Source: a virus (lineage: Duplodnaviria; Heunggongvirae; Uroviricota; Caudoviricetes). Taken from it: a stretch of 60,323 bases of DNA. Below the pieces are notes generated by a model that was not told the DNA's origin, did no database searches, and saw only the letters and a list, made by a program, of their open reading frames with translations. This document shows positions 41,383-51,521 of the stretch, in pieces. Both the position numbers and the translations under genes were made by a program. The first letter of the stretch is position 1; the number at the start of each line of letters is the position of its first letter. The stretch covers positions 128,001 through 188,323 of IMG/VR virus record IMGVR_UViG_3300031555_003801; one strand, 5' to 3'.

Positions 41383-41620
41383 TTTATATTATTTTAAATA
41401 TACAACAATTAATGAACTTGATGAAACTAAAACTATTCAGTTTGCAGGAGTAATTGCTGCTAATTCTTGGGGAGAAGCTACTGAAATTATTGAAGCGCAA
41501 GAAACTGCAAAAGATGGTAGATGTGATTTAATTTGTATTGATCAGTTAGAATGTGGTGAAAATATTACATTTACTGAAGATTTAGAACTTTATGCGAAAT
41601 TATATAAGGAGATGATGTAA
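41375..41620 (+). CDS. Hypothetical protein
   Basis: AAGGAG RBS. Confidence 0.65.
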   Translation: MANLYYFKYTTINELDETKTIQFAGVIAANSWGEATEIIEAQETAKDGRCDLICIDQLECGENITFTEDLELYAKLYKEMM

Positions 41621-41752
41621 TGGATATTTATAAATGCCCTAATTGTGGTGAATTAATTGTCTATGAACCTGGTGATGCGATTCTGGGAGGCTTCCCGCAT
41701 TTCGAATGTCCGGTTTGCGGTGGTATGATTCCAATGTTTTAAGGAGAGGAAA

Positions 41753-41962
41753 ATGGCAAAAGTAATTAAGCATAGATATAAAATATTTGAAGATACTATT
41801 ATTTGTCATAAATGTGAAGCAACTATAAGTTATAATGAAACTGATAAAAGATATAAATTTATTGAAGATGAAGGTGATTATTTTGAGATTCAAAGAATTA
41901 CCTGTCCTGCTTGTAAAAAAGTTATTCCTGTTAAAGTGCGTATTATGACAGAGGATTGGTAA
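41753..41962 (+). CDS. Zn-ribbon protein (tandem paralog)
   Basis: CHKC...ITCPAC. Confidence 0.65.
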   Translation: MAKVIKHRYKIFEDTIICHKCEATISYNETDKRYKFIEDEGDYFEIQRITCPACKKVIPVKVRIMTEDW

Positions 41963-41963
41963 A

Positions 41964-42152
41964 GTGATAAAAATTATACAATATCCAAAAGGAAAAAGAG
42001 TTAGATGTTCAAGATGTCTTTCTCTTTTGCAATATTATAAATGTGATGTAAAATTTCATAAGGCAGACAAAACTTATAATACAAGGAATTATTGGTATAT
42101 TACTTGCCCGATGTGTTATAGGGTAGAGGAGGTGCCTGAATGGCAAGAGTAA
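41964..42152 (+). CDS. Zn-ribbon protein (tandem paralog)
   Basis: CSRC...ITCPMC. Confidence 0.6.
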   Translation: MIKIIQYPKGKRVRCSRCLSLLQYYKCDVKFHKADKTYNTRNYWYITCPMCYRVEEVPEWQE

Positions 42153-42373
42153 TTGAAAAACCTAGTGAATTAATAACAAAATGTCCTCATTGTGGAGCAA
42201 AGATTGGATTTGACAAATCTGATGTAGTTGTGGATATATTATGGCCTTCTATTGATTGCCCAGGATTATATATTGAAGATCAGTGGGCACCAATAATTTA
42301 TCGAAAATTAACTTGTCCATATTGTCAAAAAACTATATATTTAGAAAAAGATTATGATAAGGAGGTCTTTTAA
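42140..42373 (+). CDS. Zn-ribbon protein (tandem paralog)
   Basis: CPHCG...LTCPYC. Confidence 0.65.
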   Translation: MARVIEKPSELITKCPHCGAKIGFDKSDVVVDILWPSIDCPGLYIEDQWAPIIYRKLTCPYCQKTIYLEKDYDKEVF

Positions 42374-42636
42374 TGAAGAAAGTAATTGCGGTAATGCTGA
42401 TCTTGGTTATGGCGCTCGCATTAACGGCGTGCGGCAACCAGAATCTTTTATGGGGTAATTTCACTTATGAGCATGTTCATATTAGTGATGCTATTGGCGG
42501 CCATTGTTTTAATCTTGAACAGTGGAATGAAGATGCTACTGGCATTGAATTAAAGATTGAAGGTGGCTCAACAGTATTCCTTAGTGAAGGTACCTACATG
42601 ATGTTTAGCGATAGCAACGCTTGCCCTTATTGCTAA
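42373..42636 (+). CDS. Lipoprotein
   Basis: MKK + hydrophobic stretch + lipobox LTAC. Confidence 0.75.
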   Translation: MKKVIAVMLILVMALALTACGNQNLLWGNFTYEHVHISDAIGGHCFNLEQWNEDATGIELKIEGGSTVFLSEGTYMMFSDSNACPYC

Positions 42637-42732
42637 ATAAAGAACGGAGGTTTCTAGAAGATAGAAACCTCCTTTGATTTTTTTATTAAAAAATGTTATA
42701 ATATATTATAATAAAAAATAAGAGGTGATTTT

Positions 42733-43020
42733 ATGAATACTATTAGGATTCTTGGTCTAGATGATGATTATCATTCTCCTTTTTATATTTCAGAAAATGG
42801 TGATTGTTTTCCTAATATTAGAGTATTAATAGATTTTTTATCAAAACCACATAAAGAAAATTATGAAGTAAAAGTATTTTCTATTGTAGGAGATTTAAGT
42901 TCTGAAATTTATGAACTTGGAGAAGAAGAAGTTTTTAAAATGTTTAATGAGTTATTAAATAATAATTTTAACTTAATAAGTTTTAATCTTTTTTGGAATT
43001 CTACAAATTGTTTTTGGTAA
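42733..43020 (+). CDS. Hypothetical protein
   Basis: GAGGTG RBS after promoter cassette. Confidence 0.55.
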   Translation: MNTIRILGLDDDYHSPFYISENGDCFPNIRVLIDFLSKPHKENYEVKVFSIVGDLSSEIYELGEEEVFKMFNELLNNNFNLISFNLFWNSTNCFW

Positions 43021-43087
43021 ATAATCTTTAATTGATTTTTTTATAAATATATGATATAATATATTATAAAGAAAATGAGAAAGGAAA

Positions 43088-44809
43088 GTGATAGATATGC
43101 TGTTTGAAAAGCTTCCAGCAGAAGAAGTTGACATTTTAACTAAATATGTTGATGTTTTTTGTACTCAGGAATCTTATAGAGGTATCTCAATGAAAGAATA
43201 CCTGCGATTTTGGGATGCAAATAAGACTCACTTCTTCAATGGAATGTTCAAAGAAAATTTCATTTTAACAAAAAAAATTTCTTTAAAAAAGAGCCACGAA
43301 GAAAAAGAAACTGATATGAGAAATGCTCTTTGGAATGAAAATGGTAAAGAAGGTAGAATGTCTCCTTTTAGACAGAAATATACGGATAAAATTTTTCAGT
43401 TAGAAAATAATAATACTATTAACTATGTTTTAGCTATTAAATTAAGAGAATTAATGAATAGTTCTAGATTAGTTGATAATGTTTATCTTGATGAATCATT
43501 TGAAATTCCTCTGCCAGGAAATAAGAAATATCGAGTGCTGAATGGGCATAAACTTATGAAGATTTTCGCGAAGATAGCTTCTGCTTATGAAATTGAGGGA
43601 TTTGAGGAATTCAGATTGGCTCATTCACAGGTGCTGAATGATTTAGAATTCCACGGTGAATTATGCTTATCTATTCATCCTATGGACTTTTTAACAATGA
43701 GTGATAATAACTGTGATTGGTCTTCTTGTATGTCTATTATAGATAGTGGAGATTATCGTAGAGGTGTTATTGAAATGATGAACTCTGGTTGTGTTGTTAT
43801 GGCTTATTTAAAAAGTTCCACCGATATGAAAATTCCTTATATCGAAGAAGATATCTTCTGGAATAACAAGAAGTGGAGAGAATTATTTATTATCTCTGAT
43901 GAAGCTATTGTAGGCATTAAAGGATATCCATATTGGAATCTTGAATTACAGGAACTTGTAATTAAATGGATTGCGGAGCTGAATGAAGGATATTATGAAG
44001 ATGAAGTAATTCAGTTTGACTATGATGCTTCTGTTCGCATTAGAGACCACAAGTTTATCTTTGAAACTTGCGATATGTATAATGATTTTGTTTATGATAA
44101 GCATGCTATCTGTTTAAAGAAAAATCTTGAACCAAATACATATTACATTAATTATTCTGGTCCAATGGTATGCATTGGCTGCGGGACTGCTACAGGATAT
44201 TATAGTAAGGATGCTTGTAATTTCCTTGCCTGCGAAGATTGTTATAATCCTACTTATTGCGCTGATTGTGGATGCCTTATAAATGATGAAGATGCGGTTT
44301 GGTTTAATGATAGACCTTATTGTAGTTATTGCTTTGGTCAGATTCCTACTTGTTTTGAATGCGAAGAATTAACTGATGATTATACTGTTGTTTCAATTCG
44401 TTTTGATCACGATGATAATCAAATTGCAAGAAACTTTACCATTTCTTTATGTGATGATTGTTATAAAGGTTATGAAGAAAATGGATTGATTAAAATTTGT
44501 AAAAATGTTCGATGGTATGGTGATGTTAGATATATTGATGCTGAATATATCAATGATGAAAAATTCTTTGATTTATTCGGTGTGGATAAAAAAGATAGAG
44601 ATAATATTGAAGATAGATATTATCATCGTCAGGCTATTTATTATGATTTAACTCCCATTCGCACAGAGGTTGCTCCAATCGTGTGGTAGGAAGATTTGGA
44701 AAGAAAATATAAAAGGTTTTCTGAAAAAAAATATAAAATTTTTTCTGACTTAGAGAAAGAATTTCAAACTATTTATGGAAGAATTCATAACTTTGTAAAT
44801 GATTTCTAA
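43088..44809 (+). CDS. Uncharacterised protein with HPxDF..S..WxSC domain and C-terminal Zn ribbons (probable TAG read-through at 44687)
   Basis: 533 aa to TAG, then 39 further sense codons to TAA 44807-44809 filling the gap before the next promoter; paralog of 47327-48679. Confidence 0.7.
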
Positions 44810-44895
44810 TTTGAAAAAATTAAAAAAAAATGTTATAATAAATTATAAGATAAATCATAAAAGATAATTTTTAAGAAAGTTGAGAGGATTTAGAA

Positions 44896-45300
44896 ATGGA
44901 AAAGAAGATTACTAAGAGAGAAATGTTCGTTGCTATCGCTGAAAAGTACGCTCTGACTGAAGAAGAAAGAGAATTCATCGAAAAGGAAATTGCGGCTCTG
45001 GATAGAAAGGCTGAAAAGGCTAAGGAAGCTGCTGCTAAGAAAAAGGAAGAAGTAGATGAACTGATGGAAGCAGTTAAGGCTGTTCTGACTCACGATTTCC
45101 AGACTCTGGGTGATATCGCCGCTCAGATTGAAGGTGAAGATGTATCCGTGGCAAAGATTACTTCCAGAATGAGCAAGCTATATAAGGCTGGCGTAGTAGT
45201 TAAGGAAGATGTTTCCATCGTTGGCGAAGATGGTAAGAAATCTAAGAAGAAAGCATATAAGCTTGCTGAATGTGATTGTGAAGAATGCGTTGAAGCATAA
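44896..45300 (+). CDS. Putative winged-helix DNA-binding protein, family A copy 3
   Basis: KITKREMF..I.EKYALT.EER.F.E.EI..L matches the N-terminus of 19730-20089. Confidence 0.7.
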   Translation: MEKKITKREMFVAIAEKYALTEEEREFIEKEIAALDRKAEKAKEAAAKKKEEVDELMEAVKAVLTHDFQTLGDIAAQIEGEDVSVAKITSRMSKLYKAGVVVKEDVSIVGEDGKKSKKKAYKLAECDCEECVEA

Positions 45301-45315
45301 TAAAACACTCCTCTT

Positions 45316-45347
45316 TAAGGTGGTTCGATAATGAACCACCTTTTTTC
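45316..45347 (+). terminator. Intrinsic terminator
   Basis: AAGGTGGTTC-GATAAT-GAACCACCTTTTTTT. Confidence 0.8.
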
Positions 45348-45497
45348 TTTGTCCAAGAGTAAAGGAAATTACTGGAAAAATTTGCCTGGGCCGCTCACAA
45401 CTGGCCACACCGACACCTGAAACCAAAATCACTCTTCAAAATTTTAGTTGTAAATTGTCAAATTTTATGTTATAATATAATAAAGGAGAGTGAATAT

Positions 45498-46289
45498 ATG
45501 AAATATTGTGTATCTGCGAGACAGCCAAAGGATGTTCTCAAAAAAGCTGATGAAATCAAATTTGATTATAAAGATAGAAAAGGTTTATATAATTTCATTG
45601 AAGATGAAGATTTAAAGAATAAGAAATATATTATGATTATTCCAAAAGAAGATGAAGGCATTGATTGGAAAGAATTAGAAATGTTCGCGGCCAAGGTCGA
45701 TCTGACGCTCGCATTAGCGAATCTGCGCATGGCCAAAGCTTGCCATACTTATAAATTAAAATTCTATTGGGCATATCCAATCACTTCATTCTACGAACTT
45801 CGTGGCTGTGTATATCTTGGAGTTTGCGAACTTTTACTTGGGGCACCGCTATATTTTGATCTTGCTGAAGTGAAGAAACAAGGACTTCCAATTCGATTAG
45901 TTGCGAATTTATGTTTTGATGGATATATTCCAAGACCTAATGGTGTTTGCGGAACATATGTTCGTCCGGAAGATGTGCCTGCATATGAAAAATATGTTGA
46001 AACATTAGAATTTGAAACTAATGATATTAAAAAAGAAGCAGTTTTAATTAAAGTTTATCAAGAAGATAAAAAATGGCCTGGTAATTTAAATCTTATTCTT
46101 ACTAATTTTGGTGAAAATGTTGATAATCGTGCTATTCCAGAACAATTTGGTGAAGCCCGCACTCAATGTCGCCAGAATTGTCAGCGTGGTGGCTCTTGTA
46201 AGCTATGCTTTAACGCAATTCAACTAAGTCAAGCACTTGATAGAGCCAAGGCAGAATGGGTTCCAGGTCTAGGCTTCAAGAAAGCTTAA
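45498..46289 (+). CDS. Divergent peptidase-U32-like (TIM-barrel/Fe-S) protein
   Basis: IRLVANLC...YVRPEDV..YE.Y and C-terminal CRQNC...C..C; resembles 56973-57791. Confidence 0.5.
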   Translation: MKYCVSARQPKDVLKKADEIKFDYKDRKGLYNFIEDEDLKNKKYIMIIPKEDEGIDWKELEMFAAKVDLTLALANLRMAKACHTYKLKFYWAYPITSFYELRGCVYLGVCELLLGAPLYFDLAEVKKQGLPIRLVANLCFDGYIPRPNGVCGTYVRPEDVPAYEKYVETLEFETNDIKKEAVLIKVYQEDKKWPGNLNLILTNFGENVDNRAIPEQFGEARTQCRQNCQRGGSCKLCFNAIQLSQALDRAKAEWVPGLGFKKA

Positions 46290-46357
46290 TTGATTTTTTA
46301 TTAAAAAAGTGTTATAATATATTATAAGATAAAAATAAAATGTGGGGAGAGATGCGA

Positions 46358-47326
46358 ATGAAGGTATTGAGTTATAATGATACGCAGCTTTTTAAACAAA
46401 TTGCCTCAATGGAAGAAAAAGTCTTATTAAAAACATTAGGCACTTTTTTAGAAAAAAGATATGATAAAGTAATTAAGTCAGATAAGTATCTATGCGCGGA
46501 AGGTAATATTCCTATTGCTCTTGTCGCGCATTTAGATACTGTTTTTACTTCACCGCCAGATAATATCTATTACGATGAAAAAGCTGGTATTATGTGGAGT
46601 CCAGAAGGATTAGGAGCTGATGATAGAGCCGGTGTATATGCAATTTTAAAAATTATTAGAGCTGGATATAAACCGCATATTATTTTTACTACTGGTGAAG
46701 AAATCGGTGGCAAGGGCGCACAAGCATTAGCCGCAGATTATCCTATGGGCCCTTTCGAAGATATTAAATATATCATTGAACTTGATCGGCAGGGAAAAAA
46801 TGATTGCGTATTCTATAATTGTAATAATATTCCATTCGTAGAATATGTTGAATCTTTTGGATTTCTTGAAGAATGGGGAACATTCTCTGATATTAGTGTA
46901 CTTTGTCCTTATTGGGGAATTGCCGGAGTTAATCTTTCTATTGGATATAAGAATGAACATACCTATATTGAAACATTAAACATCAACGTTGTATTACAAA
47001 CAATTAAAAGAGTAATAAACATGCTCGAAGATGTTGATAATGTTGAGCAGTTTGAATATATTCCTACATATAAGAGTAGATTTAGTTATATGTGGAATGA
47101 TTATTTATCTGATGAAATTATGAAGTGCGATCATTGCGGACGGGAATTTTTTGAATTTGAATTAGTTCCTGTTAAATCTCGCTCTGGTGGTACTAAATTT
47201 TATTGTCCAGATTGTATTGCTTCTTCAAATATTGCTTGGTGCAGTACCTGCTTTGAAGCATACGAAGTAGAAGGCGATGTAAATAATAGCTTAGAATGTT
47301 ATGACTGTAGAAAGATGAGGGACTAA
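46358..47326 (+). CDS. M20/M28-family zinc peptidase with C-terminal Zn fingers
   Basis: VAHLDTV, GLGADDRAG, GEEIG, ELDR, GYKNEH. Confidence 0.85.
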   Translation: MKVLSYNDTQLFKQIASMEEKVLLKTLGTFLEKRYDKVIKSDKYLCAEGNIPIALVAHLDTVFTSPPDNIYYDEKAGIMWSPEGLGADDRAGVYAILKIIRAGYKPHIIFTTGEEIGGKGAQALAADYPMGPFEDIKYIIELDRQGKNDCVFYNCNNIPFVEYVESFGFLEEWGTFSDISVLCPYWGIAGVNLSIGYKNEHTYIETLNINVVLQTIKRVINMLEDVDNVEQFEYIPTYKSRFSYMWNDYLSDEIMKCDHCGREFFEFELVPVKSRSGGTKFYCPDCIASSNIAWCSTCFEAYEVEGDVNNSLECYDCRKMRD

Positions 47327-48679
47327 ATGTCATTTAAAGAAGATTTTCAGAAAGTTATTACTTATTCTCAGGATATTCCAGAACCAAAAGTAGATGATTT
47401 AATTTTACGTTGGAAAGAAGCAAAAGCAGATTTTCTTCATTTCTTTAATGGGGAAATGATTTATGAATTTCCAGAAACTATTACCTTTGAGTTAGATGAA
47501 TCTGAGAAAAGAAAAAGAATTGGTGCTTTTGAGGATATGATTACTTGGCAGTATCCTAATCCCGAATTGGTCAAATTTATAGAATCTATGTCAGATGGTT
47601 TTTATAATAATATGACACCAGAAGATTATATTTGCGCCGATGGAACAAAAATCCAAAAGGGAACAAAGTTAGTAAAGGCTTTTAAATTCTTTGAAAAGGA
47701 TAAATATGTGCTGGATTTGCTTCAAAGTAAAGCAAGTCAAATTATTCAGGAAGATAAAGTTAGTGGAAAATTATGTTTTTCAGTTCATCCTTTGGATTTT
47801 TTAAGTTTAAGTGAGAATGCTCATAACTGGCGCTCTTGTCATGCTCTTGATGGAGATTATTGTGGGGGGAATCTATCCTATATGCTGGATAGGTCTACTT
47901 TTATTTGTTATTTAAAATCTCCATATGATCAGCAAATTTCTAACTTTCCGGAAGATGTTAAATGGAATTCCAAAAAGTGGCGAGTATTATTATATGCATC
48001 TGATGATTGGAGCATGATTGCAGCTGGTCGGCAGTATCCATTTACTTCTACTATTGGACTTGAAGTTGTTAGAGAAAAATTAAAAGAAGTAATTTTCCCA
48101 TTATCAGGATATTCTTCTTGGACTCCAACAGTAAATAAGTTTGTTGGAGCAAATGAAGAAAAAATTTGGTTAGAGTATCCGCATATTATTGTTGGTGGAG
48201 GTATAAAACCAAAAAGAGATGTAATTATAGATAAAAGTGATTTACATTATAATGATTTATTGAAATCATCTTGTTATGAACCTTTATTTTTATATCGTAG
48301 AAATAATTATTGGTCTGGAAGTAGATATTATGGAATCAGTTCTTTAGCTACTACTATTACAGTTGGTGGAGTGCCGAAATGCTTACGATGTGAAAGTAAT
48401 GATATTACTTCTACTGGAACTATGATGTGTAATTCTTGTGAAGAAGAATATGGTAGTGAAGAAAATGAAAACTTTGCTTATTGTGCTTCTTGCGGACGTA
48501 GAACACATGTAGATAGGACACATTGGATAAACGATGATGAACTTGTTTGTGATGAATGTTTAGAAAATTTGCATAGATGTGAATGTTGTGGTCAATATTT
48601 CTATGAGGATGATATTTATTACAATAGAGATGGCGGATATTATGAATGTTATAATTGTAAACATATGGAGGAATACTAA
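47327..48679 (+). CDS. Uncharacterised protein with HPxDF..S..WxSC domain and C-terminal Zn ribbons
   Basis: LCFSVHPLDFLSLSENAHNWRSCH...WNSKKWR...GRQYP; paralog of 43088. Confidence 0.75.
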   Translation: MSFKEDFQKVITYSQDIPEPKVDDLILRWKEAKADFLHFFNGEMIYEFPETITFELDESEKRKRIGAFEDMITWQYPNPELVKFIESMSDGFYNNMTPEDYICADGTKIQKGTKLVKAFKFFEKDKYVLDLLQSKASQIIQEDKVSGKLCFSVHPLDFLSLSENAHNWRSCHALDGDYCGGNLSYMLDRSTFICYLKSPYDQQISNFPEDVKWNSKKWRVLLYASDDWSMIAAGRQYPFTSTIGLEVVREKLKEVIFPLSGYSSWTPTVNKFVGANEEKIWLEYPHIIVGGGIKPKRDVIIDKSDLHYNDLLKSSCYEPLFLYRRNNYWSGSRYYGISSLATTITVGGVPKCLRCESNDITSTGTMMCNSCEEEYGSEENENFAYCASCGRRTHVDRTHWINDDELVCDECLENLHRCECCGQYFYEDDIYYNRDGGYYECYNCKHMEEY

Positions 48680-48751
48680 TGGCGAAGGCCATTTTTAAAA
48701 AATCTTTTGCCAGAATTTTTCATATATAATTAGAAAGAGGTGAAAAATTTT

Positions 48752-49474
48752 ATGGGTAAAAGACTTGATTTAACAAATCAAAAATTTGGAAGATTAATAG
48801 CATTAGAAAAAGCTCCTAATAAAAATAATAGAACAAGATGGAAATGTTAGTGTGAATGTGGTAAAGAAATAGTCGTTGATACGGCAGATTTACGAAGAGG
48901 TCATACTATTTCTTGTGGATGTTTTTAGAAAGAACAAACTTCAAAAAGTTCATTAAAAGATTTAACTGGAAAATATTTTGGATTTTTAGAAGTTTTAGAA
49001 AGAGATATGAATTTTTATGGAAAACAAATTCCTTCTCATTGGATTTGTTTATGCCATAAATGTAATGAAATTAAATCTATTAGTTCTACTTCATTAAATA
49101 ATGGAACTATTTCTTGTGGTTGCCAAAAATCAAAAGGTGAATTTAAAATTATGGAATTATTAAAAGAAAATTCTATAAGTTTTATTAGTGAGTATAAATT
49201 TTTAGATTATAAAAATAGAAGATTTGATTTTGCTATTTTAGATGAAAATAATAAAGTTATTAGACTAATTGAATTTGATGGAATTTAGCATTATTATAGA
49301 CCTAAGGCTAATCACTGGTCTGCAAATTCTACTTTAGAAGAAACTCAAAAGAGAGATAAAGAAAAAAATGAAATTGCTAAACAATACAATATTCCTTTAG
49401 TTAGAATACCTTATTGGCATCTAAATGATATAACTATTGATATGTTGTTAAATGATGATAAATATATAGTTTAA
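48752..49474 (+). CDS. Free-standing homing-type endonuclease (Zn repeats plus DUF559/Vsr-like nuclease); three TAG=Gln
   Basis: DLTNQKFGRL...WKC(Q)CECG...SCGC; FDFAI...IEFDGI(Q)H...RDKEKN...LVRIPYW. Confidence 0.85.
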
Positions 49475-49484
49475 AGGAGAAAAA

Positions 49485-49775
49485 ATGGCTATAAAAGGTG
49501 CAATTGCGAAAGAATTAGTTGCTAAAAAAATAGCAGAAGCTTTTGGTGAAGATTATCTTGGCGAACAGGATAAGAAAATTTATATTCAAGCATATGAAGG
49601 TGGAGAAAAGGTTCAGGTTGCTATTTCTATGACTTGTCCTAAGAATCCTATTGGTGGAATGAATTTTGAAATGATTCAAACTGTTGATACAGCAATGTCA
49701 CAACAGCCATCAGTTGAAATTAGTGAAAATGAGCAATCTAAAATTAATGAATTAATGAATATGCTTGGAATTTAA
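49485..49775 (+). CDS. Hypothetical protein
   Basis: AAGGAG RBS. Confidence 0.7.
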   Translation: MAIKGAIAKELVAKKIAEAFGEDYLGEQDKKIYIQAYEGGEKVQVAISMTCPKNPIGGMNFEMIQTVDTAMSQQPSVEISENEQSKINELMNMLGI

Positions 49776-49863
49776 GATAATATTTTTAGGGAAAATGTTT
49801 TTGACTTTCCCATTTTTTTTTGATATAATATTTATATAAAATACGAGAAAAAGGAGTTTATAA

Positions 49864-50718
49864 ATGGATAATTATAGTATTGATTTATTTGCTAGATTAG
49901 ATGATTTTAGATTTTTTTATGATAACGATAATATTTATTGTCATTATTTATTATTATTATTTGTAAATGAAATTTTTGTAGAAAATGAAAAAAGTGATGA
50001 AATTTATTTATCTTTACAAGAAAATTTAAAAATAACAATTGATGCAATATTAAATTTTAATAATTTTAATTTAGACGCACCATTTGATGAAACAAAAATA
50101 AATTATGATAATTTTGATATGACTAATATCAAAGATTTATTAAAATTATTAAATGATATTAATTCTGTTTTAAATAAACAAGAAAATTATTTTTTAAGAC
50201 ATCCAATAATTATTAGTCAATTAAATAAAATTTTAGAATATTTTAATACTTTAGAAATTGATTCTAAAACTTTTCCAAAATCTAATAATGTTCATGATAG
50301 TCATAATGATAAAATGATTGAAATAGTTAAAGAATGTAAACAAGATTATTTAAATGAAGGGCAAGAGAAGAATCAAGATATTGATTTTATTGCCTCATTT
50401 TTATCTGAATTAGAAAATAATGAAGTAATTATAGAAGAAGATAAAGAAGAACATAAAACATTAAATTTAATTAATGCTATGAAAGAACATATTTATAAAA
50501 CTGAATCTATTGAAACATTAAAAAATAATAATGAAGAAATAAAAATTTATGATAATATTATTGTTGTACCAGAAAATAAATATAAATGTTCAAAATGTGG
50601 TATTTCAACTTGGAATAATAAACCTATTACTCTTTTAGTAAAATATAGAGATAATAATAAAGATAATATTAATTTAGAAAATTTATATTTTGTTTGTCCT
50701 AATTGTAATTTATCATAA
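49864..50718 (+). CDS. Protein with degenerate HNH-like Zn-binding C-terminus
   Basis: YKCSKCGISTWNNKPITL...NLENLYFVCPNC, lacking the catalytic His residues. Confidence 0.6.
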   Translation: MDNYSIDLFARLDDFRFFYDNDNIYCHYLLLLFVNEIFVENEKSDEIYLSLQENLKITIDAILNFNNFNLDAPFDETKINYDNFDMTNIKDLLKLLNDINSVLNKQENYFLRHPIIISQLNKILEYFNTLEIDSKTFPKSNNVHDSHNDKMIEIVKECKQDYLNEGQEKNQDIDFIASFLSELENNEVIIEEDKEEHKTLNLINAMKEHIYKTESIETLKNNNEEIKIYDNIIVVPENKYKCSKCGISTWNNKPITLLVKYRDNNKDNINLENLYFVCPNCNLS

Positions 50719-50739
50719 TTATAATAATGGGGTTAAAAA

Positions 50740-51504
50740 ATGATTAATCAAGTAATTTCTTTTTTTAAAGCTTATAATATAAATATTGAAAATGATGATA
50801 TTATTATAATTAAAAATGTAAAAATTCCTAATTTTTATAAAAAATATAGTAATAATAAAATAATTTAGTGGGAATTTTGTCATTTATTGTATAAAATATA
50901 TTCTAATTATTTTATAAATGATACTATTTTTTATGAAAATAATTTATATAAAATTTCTAATAAAGATATAATTTTTGATTGTGGAGCTAATATGGGTTTA
51001 TTTTCAGCATATGCAGCTGCATAGGGAGCTCAAGTATATGCATTTGAACCAATGTCTTTTACAAGAAGTTTACTTGAAGAAACTGCTAAATTATATCCTA
51101 ATAATATTCATATTTAGCCTTTTGCATTAAAAAATGAAAAATGTACAAAAATATTTGTTTAGTGCGATAATCTTGGAGCTAGTCATGATTAGCAATTATT
51201 AGTTAATTTTGAAAATAAAATAATATTTTCTGAACAAGTAAATTGTATTTCTTTAGATTATTTTATTCAAAATACAAATATTATTCCAACTTTTTTAAAA
51301 ATTGATGTAGAAGGTTCTGAAGAAGAATTAATTATAGGTGCTGAAAAATTATTGCAAAAATATAAACCTATTTTAAGTATGGGTTTATATCATGAAAATA
51401 ATAATAATAATATTACTTTTTTAATAAAAAATTATAATTTTTTATATAATTTATATTTTTTCTTAGAAAAGAATGGTTAGGGATTATATTTATTTGGTAA
51501 ATAA
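50740..51504 (+). CDS. FkbM-family methyltransferase; six TAG=Gln (absent from the ORF track)
   Basis: IFDCGANMGLFS...VYAFEP...ISLDYF...FLKIDVEGSEEELIIGA. Confidence 0.85.
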
Positions 51505-51521
51505 AAGGAGAATTATTTTAT

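Noticed and set aside
45316-45345. tRNA T-loop-like GGTTCGA
   Set aside because: Part of a simple terminator hairpin with no cloverleaf. I found no canonical or suppressor (CUA) tRNA in this window by eye.
49864-50718. Active HNH homing endonuclease
   Set aside because: The His residues of the HNH motif are replaced; kept only as a degenerate domain.
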